From the NCBI GenBank assembly GCA_030599585.1, contig JAUVNS010000010.1:144826-208825 (forward strand): a stretch of 64,000 bases of DNA, written 5' to 3'. Within the stretch, counting starts at the first letter, position 1; each line of letters begins with the position of its first letter. Source of the DNA: Promethearchaeota archaeon (GTDB lineage Archaea > Asgardarchaeota > Lokiarchaeia > Sigyniarchaeales > SOKP01). This document shows positions 10,434 to 20,543 of this stretch, piece by piece. A program made the position numbers and the translations under genes. The notes under the pieces were generated by a model. The model was not told the origin of the DNA. It saw nothing but the letters and a program-made list of their open reading frames with translations, and ran no database searches.

Positions 10434-10919
10434 ATGAATCAAAAATATAACCGCTTTCCATATAGGAAAATTCTAGTTGTCTGTAGCGTTAACACTGCTA
10501 GAAGTCCGATGTCTGAAGGAATTCTCAGAGATTTCTTTTCCCGTAATGCAATGGATGTTTCTGTATCTTCTGGTGGTATCGCTTCAAACGCTAGAGACGG
10601 GATGCTTATTTCTTTAGATGCGAAGTTAGTTATGGAAGAAATTGGTATTTATCTTTCAGATGATTCTGTTTCAGTTGACCTAAAAAAACACCCTGAATTA
10701 ATGCAAAAGGTGGACTTAATTCTCGCCTTAACAGAGAAGCACAAAAAAGAAATCTACAATCATTTTAAGTTAGAGAACAAGGCTGTTTTTACATTAAGAG
10801 AATTTGCAGGAGAAAATGGAGATATTGATGATCCTTCCATGAAAGGTCCTATAGGTTTTCGAAAGGCTCGTGATGAGATAGAACATTGTATAGTTGAAGG
10901 AATGAAAAGATTTGAGTGA
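10434..10919 (+). CDS. Low-molecular-weight protein-tyrosine phosphatase family protein
   Basis: P-loop VCSVNTARS (CX5RS) and general acid in DIDDP. Confidence 0.85.
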   Translation: MNQKYNRFPYRKILVVCSVNTARSPMSEGILRDFFSRNAMDVSVSSGGIASNARDGMLISLDAKLVMEEIGIYLSDDSVSVDLKKHPELMQKVDLILALTEKHKKEIYNHFKLENKAVFTLREFAGENGDIDDPSMKGPIGFRKARDEIEHCIVEGMKRFE

Positions 10920-11770
10920 TTTTTATGATTGAATACATAATATTAGCAATACTGCAAGGATTATTTGAGTGGTTGCCCATTTCTTCTTCTGGGCAAGTTA
11001 TGATAATTTCAATTAATTTTTTTGGTATTCCTCCTGAAAAAGCATTTAGTTTAAGCATTTGGATGCATTTAGGAACTGCAATCGCGGTTTTAATAAAACT
11101 AAGAAAAGATTACCTTCAAATAGTTAAATCCGTAATACCAAAGAGGTTTAAAGTTGATGAAGATGATATTAAGAAACGAAACTGGTTAATTTATGCCACG
11201 ATTGGAACAGCTATAACTGCCATCCCGTTATATCTACTGTTTAAATTTGTAATAATAGAAGGTTTTGACGCAACACAGGGTGATTTGTTAACTTTGGCGA
11301 TTTCTAGCCTACTAATTGTAACTGGAATTGTTTTATTGATTTTTAAAAGGAAATTTGGAAAAAAAACTATCGGGACAGTGTCAGATCGGGAACTCATCAA
11401 GGATTCGAGCATATCTGGGTTAATTCAAGGAATTGCAATACTTCCGGGAATATCCCGTTCAGGGTTCACTGTATCCACAATTCTATTCGAGAAATATGAC
11501 CAAGATCAAAGTTTAAAATTAAGTTTTCTAATGTCGGTCCCTGTAGTACTCGCTTCTATTGGAATGGATATAATCTTCGGAGAAGGATCGGTTTTTGGAA
11601 CAATTGATATCTTCACAATTTTGATTATAATAGCAGTTAGTTTCATTGTAGGTTACCTTTCAATGGAACTATTGTTAAAAATCGCACAAAAAATCAATTT
11701 TAGTTATTTCTGTATCCTATATGGAGTATTATCATTCTTGATAATTGTCCCTTTCACATTATTCGGATAG
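10916..11770 (+). CDS. uppP: Undecaprenyl/polyprenyl-diphosphate phosphatase (BacA/UppP)
   Basis: QGLFEWLPISSSG, HLGT, QGIAILPGISRSG, SFLMSVP, multiple TMs. Confidence 0.88.
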   Translation: MIFMIEYIILAILQGLFEWLPISSSGQVMIISINFFGIPPEKAFSLSIWMHLGTAIAVLIKLRKDYLQIVKSVIPKRFKVDEDDIKKRNWLIYATIGTAITAIPLYLLFKFVIIEGFDATQGDLLTLAISSLLIVTGIVLLIFKRKFGKKTIGTVSDRELIKDSSISGLIQGIAILPGISRSGFTVSTILFEKYDQDQSLKLSFLMSVPVVLASIGMDIIFGEGSVFGTIDIFTILIIIAVSFIVGYLSMELLLKIAQKINFSYFCILYGVLSFLIIVPFTLFG

Positions 11771-11773
11771 ATT

Positions 11774-12670
11774 CTATAAATTTCTAATATATTCCACCAA
11801 ATAACTGGATAAAGCGTTTTCTACGTTTTTTATCCCTCTAAATCCAGGAAAATCGTTTAAATCGATTAGATAAAAACGATCCTTATCTATTAGTTTTATT
11901 AAATCAAATCCAAAAATTTTAAGGTTAAGTTCTTTTGATAAGATTTCAGCGAGTTCTCTAATTTCTTCAGATATTTTAAATTCCTTCCTTTTAATCGTGT
12001 CAACATTGATATTATTTGGCTTATCTCTTAAAAAGATATAAATCGGATTTTCTCTTATAATACCAAAAGCTTTATCTCCTATTACATAAACCTTCCTTTC
12101 AAATCCATCACATTCAATAAATTTCTGAATATAAATGTCGTAATATAAAAGGTGTTTATACCGATTGCAAAAGGTATCTACTTCTTCAATCTTTCTAACT
12201 AAGAAGTTAAATCTATTATATTTGTCGTGCTGGTAATGACTTTTAATTACAATTGGAAGTTTATGTAAAGCCCATTTTTTAAACTTTGAGAGATCTGTAG
12301 CATTATTATTCCAAGAGTTAGGAATTGAAAACTTTTTACTAATTTGAGGATGGTCTTTAAATACCCTTCTTAGAGCGTAATCAAGCGATATCTTATTTTT
12401 GCACATTAGAACGGTATCGACACTATGTAGTGTTGGAATTTTATTTGTTTTAGCGTAATGAAGTAAATCAATGGAACAATCGTTTCTTACTTTGACTATA
12501 ATTAAATCTGCTTCTTTAATCGCTTTAGGCATTCTAGAAAGGTTAAAAAACTTTTTTGTAGGATCGTGAAAGTGTAAGTTAACATCGGGTAACTTTTTAA
12601 GCTTATTTATAACACCCTTAACTATTTCGTGATCTTCCCTTGCTGAAAAAACGACATTTCTTATCATCAA
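11774..12670 (-). CDS. ITPK1-like ATP-grasp inositol phosphate kinase (copy A)
   Basis: QKFI..KVYVIG, IFGFDLI, YLIDLNDFPGF, matching the ITPK1 consensus IDINxFPGY. Lies beside the inositol-P synthase. Confidence 0.8.
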   Translation of the reverse strand: MMIRNVVFSAREDHEIVKGVINKLKKLPDVNLHFHDPTKKFFNLSRMPKAIKEADLIIVKVRNDCSIDLLHYAKTNKIPTLHSVDTVLMCKNKISLDYALRRVFKDHPQISKKFSIPNSWNNNATDLSKFKKWALHKLPIVIKSHYQHDKYNRFNFLVRKIEEVDTFCNRYKHLLYYDIYIQKFIECDGFERKVYVIGDKAFGIIRENPIYIFLRDKPNNINVDTIKRKEFKISEEIRELAEILSKELNLKIFGFDLIKLIDKDRFYLIDLNDFPGFRGIKNVENALSSYLVEYIRNL

Positions 12671-12783
12671 TTAAAAATAAAGAAGCGCAGAAAATTCTTA
12701 AATTTTCCCTCAATGATTACTTTCTTTTTGTATTGTATATTTTAGAAAAATAATAATTTCTTTGAAAAAATGGAGATATTAAT

Positions 12784-14055
12784 TTGAAAGAAAAAGTGTT
12801 TAGTAAATTTCTCAGAAGACAAGTGTTATTAATTGGTCTGCTCTACATGGGAGATTACCTTTTCTTCTTTTTTGAGCAGAATTATTTCAATACTTACTTA
12901 GATCATGTCCTCTTTTTACCAAAAATATTCATATCAATTATGGTTTCTTTATCAGCTGCAATGGGTCTCATAATAATGCTAGTTTGGGGGATTTTAAGCG
13001 ATAATACTAGGACTAAATTTGGTCGAAGACGACCTTATTTATTATTAGGAGGAATCATAGCTGGTCTAGCTATGATGTTTTACGGATTGTCAGGGAATTA
13101 TTTTATATGTCTAATTATCGATGTGGTAATTATCGGACTCGCTTCAAATGCATTTTTAGTTGCTGAACGATCTCTTATCCCAGATACATTTGAAGTTGAG
13201 AAAAGGGGACGAGCAAATGGTATTATAAACTCAATTAGTTATATAGGCTTATTAATCGGTGTAGCATTCTTTCTACTTGTAAATGAATTATATGGAATTC
13301 CAGATCCTCGTCCAGATCCAATAGGTACAATTTTAACTCAACAAGGCCACTTTATCTTATTATCTGTTGGAGGAATTGTATTTGCTTCAGTTGGAATCAT
13401 AGGCTTCTTATTCATAAAAGAGGAACCAGTGTCAGAACTTCCGGAGAAAAAAAAGTTTTATGTTGAATTAAAGCAAATTTTTAATCTAGCAGAATTGAAA
13501 TCCCATAAAGAATTCTATAAAATTCTTCTAGCATTGGTCATATTCCAATCAGGGATTTCTTCGATAATGCCGTTTTTATTTATTTTCATCTTCAATCAAG
13601 GGCTCACAACTCTGCAACTCTTATTAGGGATCGCTATCGCATTACCAGGTGTATTAGTTGCAACCATTTATTTAGGAAGATTGTCGGATAAATTTGGAAG
13701 AAAAAGATTCGTACCAATATCTATGATTATAGTAAGCATAGGATATCTTATAATGCCATTTGCTTCAGGCAATTACATTCTATTTATAATTGGATTGCCA
13801 TTTGTGTTAGTAGGTGTATTATCATTAGTAACACCCCTAAATGCGTGGTCTCAAGATTTGTTACCAGTTGATAAACGGGGAAAATTTACAGGAATACTAA
13901 ATATTGTTAACACCTTATCTCAAATTATAGGTTCCTTCGCAGGTGGCATAGTTGCTGAATTATTTGGCCTTCCTTGGATATTCATACTCGGTCCTGTCTT
14001 TTTTCTAGCCTCGATTCCACTATTTTTGAAAGTAAAAGAAACTGTAAATTTATAA
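12784..14055 (+). CDS. MFS sugar-type transporter
   Basis: GILSDNTRTKFGRRRPY and GRLSDKFGRKR motif-A loops, about 12 TMs. Confidence 0.88.
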   Translation: MKEKVFSKFLRRQVLLIGLLYMGDYLFFFFEQNYFNTYLDHVLFLPKIFISIMVSLSAAMGLIIMLVWGILSDNTRTKFGRRRPYLLLGGIIAGLAMMFYGLSGNYFICLIIDVVIIGLASNAFLVAERSLIPDTFEVEKRGRANGIINSISYIGLLIGVAFFLLVNELYGIPDPRPDPIGTILTQQGHFILLSVGGIVFASVGIIGFLFIKEEPVSELPEKKKFYVELKQIFNLAELKSHKEFYKILLALVIFQSGISSIMPFLFIFIFNQGLTTLQLLLGIAIALPGVLVATIYLGRLSDKFGRKRFVPISMIIVSIGYLIMPFASGNYILFIIGLPFVLVGVLSLVTPLNAWSQDLLPVDKRGKFTGILNIVNTLSQIIGSFAGGIVAELFGLPWIFILGPVFFLASIPLFLKVKETVNL

Positions 14056-14276
14056 ATAAAATTTGACTCTTTTTTCTTATTTCTTTTTTTTACTTCTTTT
14101 AGGAGTTTATGATGATTTTCATCTACAAATATCTCCAATCAAATAATTTCAATAGTGTCAAAAATATCATAAATCTAATAAATAGAAACCATCTCTATAG
14201 TTTATTTCAAGATGATTTAAATAATACTTTTTAATATAGATACTATAACGGCGACCACTATAAATTTAGAAAAAAG

Positions 14277-15380
14277 TTGAATAAAATGACTGAAAAGGAT
14301 ATAAAAGTTGCAATTATCGGAGTAGGTGACGTTGCAAGCGCATTAGTTGCGGGAATCGAGAATTACAAAAAAAATCCAGATAAGATCATTGGTTTATTAC
14401 CAGAAATTACTCAATATGGAGTAGAAGACATAAAATTTGTCCTTGGTATTGATGTTAATGCTAATAAAATTGGTAAAGATCTAAGTGAAGCTATTTTTGT
14501 TGAACCAAATTGCAATAGGAAAACATTTGAGCCTGGAATTTTAGATGCTCCTGTCCTTAAAGGTCCAATATTAGATGGTCTAAAAAGTAATATAAAAAAC
14601 ATTATACCTGTTATTGATACTCAAAAACCCGTAGACCTTGTGGAAGAGTTAAAAAAACGGAATGTTGATGTTGTTGTTATTTTGCTCCCAACAGGTTGCC
14701 ATGAAGCGGTTAAATTCTATGCTATGGCAAGCCTTGATGCTGGAGCTTGTGTAATTAACGGTATGCCTTCACATGTAGTTAAAGATTCAGAAATTGTTGA
14801 AAAAGCTATAAAATTAGAACTTCCATTGATCGGTGACGATGTCAAGTCTCAAATAGGAGCTACTATAATACATCGATCGTTAGCAAATCTTTTTCCAATG
14901 CGGGGAGCAATTCTTGACAGAACTATACAGCTTGATTGGGGAGGATCATCGGATTTCTGCAATTTATTAACCCCTCAATCTAATGGTGAATTAATATATG
15001 AGGAAGGAAAACGCCAATCTAAAACTGAATCGGTAATAGCAAATCTACAGAATAAGGATGATGTGGATTGTCGAATATCTGCTGTAGATTATATCCCCTT
15101 CTTAAAGAATCAAAAAGAGGCTTATATGAGATTAGAAGGGAGAATTTTTGGTGGTGCCTCTGTGCGAGTTGATGTTACCATGTTTGTAGAAGATGGTAAT
15201 AATTCCGCAGGAATTATAGCTGACTGTATAAGGGTTATAAAAATTGCTAAAGATCGTAAAATTGGGGGTGTTTTACAATCAGCTTGCTCGTTTTTTAATA
15301 AGCACCCTCCAGAACAATTAGATGATTATGTCGCAAAAAAACAACTTGTCGAATTTTTAGAAAATAGAAGAGAACGATAG
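14277..15380 (+). CDS. ino1: myo-Inositol-1-phosphate synthase
   Basis: IIGVGDVASALV Rossmann fold, GDDVKSQIGATIIHR, SKT, NSAG, SFFNKHPP. Confidence 0.92.
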   Translation: MNKMTEKDIKVAIIGVGDVASALVAGIENYKKNPDKIIGLLPEITQYGVEDIKFVLGIDVNANKIGKDLSEAIFVEPNCNRKTFEPGILDAPVLKGPILDGLKSNIKNIIPVIDTQKPVDLVEELKKRNVDVVVILLPTGCHEAVKFYAMASLDAGACVINGMPSHVVKDSEIVEKAIKLELPLIGDDVKSQIGATIIHRSLANLFPMRGAILDRTIQLDWGGSSDFCNLLTPQSNGELIYEEGKRQSKTESVIANLQNKDDVDCRISAVDYIPFLKNQKEAYMRLEGRIFGGASVRVDVTMFVEDGNNSAGIIADCIRVIKIAKDRKIGGVLQSACSFFNKHPPEQLDDYVAKKQLVEFLENRRER

Positions 15381-15412
15381 TAAGATACTCGAAACTTGAT
15401 ACTTTTGGAAAT

Positions 15413-16324
15413 TTAACTCTTAGCTTTAACAAATGCGTTTCGATATATTTCTCTTGTATTAATTAAATTGTAAATATGATCTGAAATTAAACTTATTCCT
15501 TCTGGCACGCTCCTAAAGCTAGGAAAATCATTAATATCTACAATATAAGGTCCATCTTCAGTTAATATGTAATCTAGGCCGAAAACTGACATGCCAAACT
15601 TTCGACCTAATCGAATTATCCTTTTTTTCAATGGATCCTCAACTGGAATCCTAATATGGACGAGTTCCAGAGGAGATAATTTATCCAATCGTTGTAAACG
15701 ATTATGGGAGGTTATTGAAACAACCCAATTACCTATCGCATAAATTTTATAGAGAATATCATGTTCACCTAAATATTCTTGGAAAAATAAATCGTTTTCA
15801 TTATAGTTTTTTATCAATTCAAGTAATTCTCTATGATTTTTAGCGATACCGATTATTCTATCGTTCTTAGGTAAATCTGGAATGTTATGAGAATTTAATT
15901 TTACAATAATTGGTATTCCTTTTTGAGAAACATGAGTTGCTTCTAATTTAGTGGAAAAAGAGGGTGGTGTTAAGATTTTTTTGTAATTTTTTTGTATAAA
16001 ATTAAAAGTGTTTTGCCTACTCTCACATAACTGAACGGATTCTAGCGTGTTCAGAAGAGGAATTTCAGGACATGTTTTTTTAACGATTCTATAGATTTTT
16101 TCATTTAACTCTTGAGTTGTCAGTTTTACAATCAAAAACGAAATCGGATATTTCCTTAATCGCTTTTCTAGATACTTAGCGTTAAACGATTCTAATCCGT
16201 TTTTCATTAAATTAACTATTGTTATGTTGTAATTTTTAATTAAAAACGTCTTGATTGTCTCTAAAACTTCAAGATCTCTATTACAAATGGCTCCAATATA
16301 TTTTTTCTTTAAATTATTCGCCAT
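15413..16324 (-). CDS. ITPK1-like ATP-grasp inositol phosphate kinase (copy B)
   Basis: QEYL..YKIYAIG, VFGLDYI, YIVDINDFPSF. Confidence 0.78.
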   Translation of the reverse strand: MANNLKKKYIGAICNRDLEVLETIKTFLIKNYNITIVNLMKNGLESFNAKYLEKRLRKYPISFLIVKLTTQELNEKIYRIVKKTCPEIPLLNTLESVQLCESRQNTFNFIQKNYKKILTPPSFSTKLEATHVSQKGIPIIVKLNSHNIPDLPKNDRIIGIAKNHRELLELIKNYNENDLFFQEYLGEHDILYKIYAIGNWVVSITSHNRLQRLDKLSPLELVHIRIPVEDPLKKRIIRLGRKFGMSVFGLDYILTEDGPYIVDINDFPSFRSVPEGISLISDHIYNLINTREIYRNAFVKAKS

Positions 16325-16515
16325 TTAAAAAACCCTTTCAATTTGATTTCTAAAAAACAAATTAAAATATATAAATGTATTGATAAATAAGTCCGAGTAA
16401 TATTTCTATTTAGTTTATTATTTTTTCGTTATTATATATACTTTAAAATAATTTAGTTTTATAATATTCATAAAGGAAAGATTTTTTCATCGACGCGTTT
16501 AGTTGGGGTGGTGAT

Positions 16516-17334
16516 TTGATAAAAATAGGATTATTGACGGACAGTTACCATTTAGAGAAAAAATCGATTCAATTCTTAAAATATATTAAACCATTAGCTG
16601 AAATATCAATTTATCTCGAAGAAGACTATCTAATTGATTTCTCTAATTACTTTTTCGATGAAGACATTTTTTTTGTGAAAGCGAAAGGAGACTTAATATT
16701 AAATTTAGTGAAATTAATAGAGAAAGAAACCAGTATTCCAGTGATTAATTCATCAAGAGGTATCTCTCTTGCTTTCAATAGATTTTTAAATAGCGTTGTC
16801 TTAAGAAGAGCCGGGATTCAAGTTCCCGATTTTTCATTAAATCCAGTAGATCACCCACCCCCCTTTAATGAATACATAATCAAGAATATTAGGGATCAAA
16901 AAAATTATGCATTTAATCCTCAAGTTCAGAAAAAAGAGGGATATTTAAGGGTAGTTGATGTTCGCGCTATTGATGAATCAAGTGGAAATTACCCAAAATA
17001 CACACATCTTTATTATCAAGATTTTATAAAGAGTAAATGGGAATATAAAGTGTATCTTGTAGGTGAAAACCTTTTTTACTTCAAGCAATTACCAGTTTTA
17101 ATAAATCCAGATAAAATGAAATCTAGAACAAAAATAGAGAAAATTCCGGAATTAACAGAAATGGCTTATACTGCTACTGAAGCATTGGGATTAAAAGTAA
17201 GTTCTATGGATTTCTTAAAATCAAAAGACGGAAATTATTTCTTAACAGATATAAATGCATCCCCAAATTTTAATTACATCAAGAATGGCCCTAAAATTAT
17301 AGGAGATTATCTAATAAAACAAGCTAAAATTTAG
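16516..17334 (+). CDS. ITPK1-like ATP-grasp kinase (copy C)
   Basis: PVINS, YQDFI..EYKVYLVG, MDFL, LTDINASPNF. Confidence 0.72.
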   Translation: MIKIGLLTDSYHLEKKSIQFLKYIKPLAEISIYLEEDYLIDFSNYFFDEDIFFVKAKGDLILNLVKLIEKETSIPVINSSRGISLAFNRFLNSVVLRRAGIQVPDFSLNPVDHPPPFNEYIIKNIRDQKNYAFNPQVQKKEGYLRVVDVRAIDESSGNYPKYTHLYYQDFIKSKWEYKVYLVGENLFYFKQLPVLINPDKMKSRTKIEKIPELTEMAYTATEALGLKVSSMDFLKSKDGNYFLTDINASPNFNYIKNGPKIIGDYLIKQAKI

Positions 17335-17348
17335 GAAGAAGTGCAATT

Positions 17349-18131
17349 ATGAAAATAGGAATTTTATCAAAAAGGAAGGGGCATTTCGCAGGGGAAATTC
17401 AAAAATATCTTGAAATTAAAGGGCATGAAGTAAAAATATTAACGGCAGATGATTTAAATGTCAATGAGATGCTTCTTAAAAGAGATTTCTATATATTAAA
17501 ATCTAAACACTTACTTTATCTTTATGCAGGTTATTTTTTAGAGGCTAATATGATTCCAGTCATTCCAAACACTAATATTAGCTATATTCATAAAAATCGT
17601 GTTGAATCGTATTTCTCTATGAAAAAGCTTGGTTTATTATGTCCAAAAATTTATATGGGTACCTTTAAAACTCTGAAAAATCAACTTCAAGAGTCAAATT
17701 TTCCCCTCATTTCTAAACCTATGTATGGGTCTGGAAGTAAAGGCGTCAAAGTGTATAATTCTCTTCAAGATTTTAATGTTCGCACTAATAAATATCTCTA
17801 TCTCGAAAATTACATCAAAGGAACACATTATTTAGCTTATTTTATAGAAAATGAAATCTGTATATGTAAAAAAAGACCTCTCTCAAATGAACATCAAGAA
17901 ACGGAAGTAATCGAATCTGATAAAGAAATAGAAAAATATCTTATTAAGTGGAAGGAAAAATATAATCTGTTATTTGGACATCTTGATCTAGTTAGAGAAA
18001 CGAATACTAATAAGTTATACGTGGTAGATGCGGGTACTTTTCCTGAATTCTCTAATTGGAAACATGATACGGATCCAATTTCGAAAGTATGTGATTTAAT
18101 TTTAAAGGAATATAGGGTTGTAAAGAATTAA
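17349..18131 (+). CDS. Divergent ATP-grasp protein (copy D; RimK/ITPK1-like)
   Basis: FPLISKPMYGSGSKGV, LENYI, GHLDLV, VVDAGTFPEF. Confidence 0.68.
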   Translation: MKIGILSKRKGHFAGEIQKYLEIKGHEVKILTADDLNVNEMLLKRDFYILKSKHLLYLYAGYFLEANMIPVIPNTNISYIHKNRVESYFSMKKLGLLCPKIYMGTFKTLKNQLQESNFPLISKPMYGSGSKGVKVYNSLQDFNVRTNKYLYLENYIKGTHYLAYFIENEICICKKRPLSNEHQETEVIESDKEIEKYLIKWKEKYNLLFGHLDLVRETNTNKLYVVDAGTFPEFSNWKHDTDPISKVCDLILKEYRVVKN

Positions 18132-18177
18132 ATAGATGTAAATAATAATTGAAAGAATTAGGAATTAATTTCAATTC

Positions 18178-19299
18178 CTATTTGGATTCTTTTTCTTCTG
18201 AGTCTTGCTCTTGTTCTTTATTATACTCTTCTATTTTTTGCATGACAGATTCTGACGCTGTTGGAGGTGCTGGCATCTTCTCATATACTTCAATGAACTT
18301 GACATCTTCGATTTCATCCCCCATATGAGTCTGTAAATCCATAGCTAACCCGAATTTAAGATATGTTAAGTTTTGAAATAGGAGCATTTTAGGAACGGTA
18401 ATTTCTAGAGTTTTGTCCTTCAAAAGATTTACGATAAATTCAGATGCGGTTTCCTTAGGAATTCCCTTTGAAATCAAAAAGTAATCGATTTTTTCATTAA
18501 ATGATTCGATCTTATCTACTATTTCAAGGTTGTAATCTATTGACTGTCCTGCTAGAGGATGATTGTAATCAATAATTACTTTGCCTTGAAGAATATTTGT
18601 AATAACTCCTCTCTGTCCCTTTTTATTTGTAAAGTCGGAACCGTATTCAGGATTCTTACCGTCGTTCAATTTTCTAAATTTAGCTATGCCAATTCTTTCG
18701 ATTTTTTGAGGTTCTCTTTTACCAAAGGCTTTAGTAGGGGGAATTTTTACCGATTTCTTTTGAAAATAATTCATATCTTTAATAGTTTCAGTTAAACCTT
18801 CATTTATAAATCCCGGTTTTCCAATAATTACAAATTCCGGAGTGTAATATCCTTGTTGAGCTTTTTCTTCTTCGTACATTCCTGCTTTTTTAGCATCTTC
18901 TTCAGAAGATACTCTAAAAATCTTTCCTTTTTGCGTCCTCGCTGTCATCTTAAGTAAAACGAAATCACCTTCTTCTACCTTTTTCCCTTCTAACTTCGTT
19001 TTCTTCTCTTCTAGTTTTTTAGCTTCTTCTTCTTCCTTTTTTGCTTTCTCTACGTCTTCTGAAGGTTGATCAGGAACTGCATCATCACTTTCTTTAGTAG
19101 CCTTTTTTGGTTCGTTTAATAATTCTTTAGCGTTACTCACGAATTTTTCAGCTGTAGCTTTTCCAATTCCTTTCAATTGCGTTAAATCTTCCACACTTGA
19201 GTTTGCTAACTTCTCAACGGAATCAATACCCGCTTCAATTAGCACATCTTTTTTTTTGCCTAAGCCTTTCACATCTTCTAAACTCATAGAAAGTACCAT
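18178..19299 (-). CDS. Long-type FKBP peptidyl-prolyl isomerase with N-terminal helix-hairpin-helix domain
   Basis: N-terminal HhH (EAGIDSVEKLA..LKGIGKATAEK). FKBP/SlyD motifs IPPTKAFG and IDYNHPLAGQ. Archaeal C-terminal domain. Confidence 0.88.
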   Translation of the reverse strand: MVLSMSLEDVKGLGKKKDVLIEAGIDSVEKLANSSVEDLTQLKGIGKATAEKFVSNAKELLNEPKKATKESDDAVPDQPSEDVEKAKKEEEEAKKLEEKKTKLEGKKVEEGDFVLLKMTARTQKGKIFRVSSEEDAKKAGMYEEEKAQQGYYTPEFVIIGKPGFINEGLTETIKDMNYFQKKSVKIPPTKAFGKREPQKIERIGIAKFRKLNDGKNPEYGSDFTNKKGQRGVITNILQGKVIIDYNHPLAGQSIDYNLEIVDKIESFNEKIDYFLISKGIPKETASEFIVNLLKDKTLEITVPKMLLFQNLTYLKFGLAMDLQTHMGDEIEDVKFIEVYEKMPAPPTASESVMQKIEEYNKEQEQDSEEKESK

Positions 19300-19369
19300 T
19301 AAGTATAAGTAGTTAAATTGTTGCTAGTAGGATTTAAGAATTAATCATTCCTTATTATTTTTTCTAAAA

Positions 19370-20482
19370 CTAAGAGACTGGCTCGTACAAGATTCCTAGC
19401 TCGTCAGCATATTTTCTAACTTTTTGAATTTCCTCTAAATTAGGTTTACGATTTATTTCAGGATATTGAGACGCTTTGTACTCTGGATGAAACTGCGCCA
19501 TGAGGTTCATAACCGCTTTTGGAAGTTCTTTCGCGACAAAATCTAATATGGGTTTAGAACAACATTCAATGTGATTAGGCATAATTAAGTGTCGGATTAT
19601 CATTTCTCCGCTTCCCTCATCGTGGATTCTTTTATGATTTCTGACAATGACATCGAAGTAATTTTCAATACCAGAGTATTTCATGCCGCATTCATTATTT
19701 CCAAATTTCCAGTCTGGCAACCAAAAATCGATTAGATCAATCATTAAAGATAGGGATTTTTCTGTTAAGTAAAAGTTTGAATTCCATAATTGAGTTATGT
19801 TTGATGTTTGATATTGTAAGCTACCAACAATAGTGTGGATATTTGGAATTGGATCTCCTCCTACATAATTAATATTAATAGCGCCTTTCTCAACTAATCT
19901 GTCTGCAAGAGCTGCTAATTGCTTTACATCAACTTTTTGAGCAACATCCTCGATTTTTCTTCGCTCTTTCCACTTTTGAGAAATATCGTAGTTTTGGCAG
20001 AAAACACACCCAAAATTGCATCCTTGGAAAAAGATAGTGCCACTCGGGATTAATGGTGCTTCCTCTCCCATATGAAGAAAAGCAGAAGAAACATACGAGT
20101 CTTTTGATATAAGGCAAAAACCCTTTTCACCGCCAGCTCGATTAACTTGACATCGTCTTTCGCAAAAACAGCAATTTTCAAGATATTTATTTGCTAGATT
20201 TTCAACCAAACTAATATAATTCTTCTTGTATACTTGGCGGTTTTCAATATTTTCAGGGGATTTATTCAATAAGAGATTAAACGCCTTAGATTTTTCTAAC
20301 AACAAATTCTCTAAGTTTTTAATTGAATCGTTTATATCAAAGTCACATTCTATACTTTTTGCGATTATATACCGTGCAAATTCTTTATCATCAATGATAC
20401 CACGATACCTTGGAAATCGTGTGCGAAGCTCTTCATTGTTCCAAACCGAAGCTGAGTCTGGCCGAAGAATTCTAAAAACCAT
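19370..20482 (-). CDS. Radical SAM protein, PflX family
   Basis: CCFCERRCQVNR, HMGEEAPL, CNFGCVFCQN (CX3CX2C), VGGDP, IIRHLIMP. Confidence 0.87.
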   Translation of the reverse strand: MVFRILRPDSASVWNNEELRTRFPRYRGIIDDKEFARYIIAKSIECDFDINDSIKNLENLLLEKSKAFNLLLNKSPENIENRQVYKKNYISLVENLANKYLENCCFCERRCQVNRAGGEKGFCLISKDSYVSSAFLHMGEEAPLIPSGTIFFQGCNFGCVFCQNYDISQKWKERRKIEDVAQKVDVKQLAALADRLVEKGAININYVGGDPIPNIHTIVGSLQYQTSNITQLWNSNFYLTEKSLSLMIDLIDFWLPDWKFGNNECGMKYSGIENYFDVIVRNHKRIHDEGSGEMIIRHLIMPNHIECCSKPILDFVAKELPKAVMNLMAQFHPEYKASQYPEINRKPNLEEIQKVRKYADELGILYEPVS

Positions 20483-20543
20483 TTGGTTTTAACTCTTTTT
20501 TGTCTTGATTACGGTTAATTGCATAAAAATAGGGAGAATAACA

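Noticed and set aside
11774-18131. RimK/LysX peptide ligases or RiPP (graspetide) biosynthesis
   Set aside because: D-x-N motifs and adjacency to ino1 favour ITPK1-like kinases. No precursor peptide or LysW carrier is seen.
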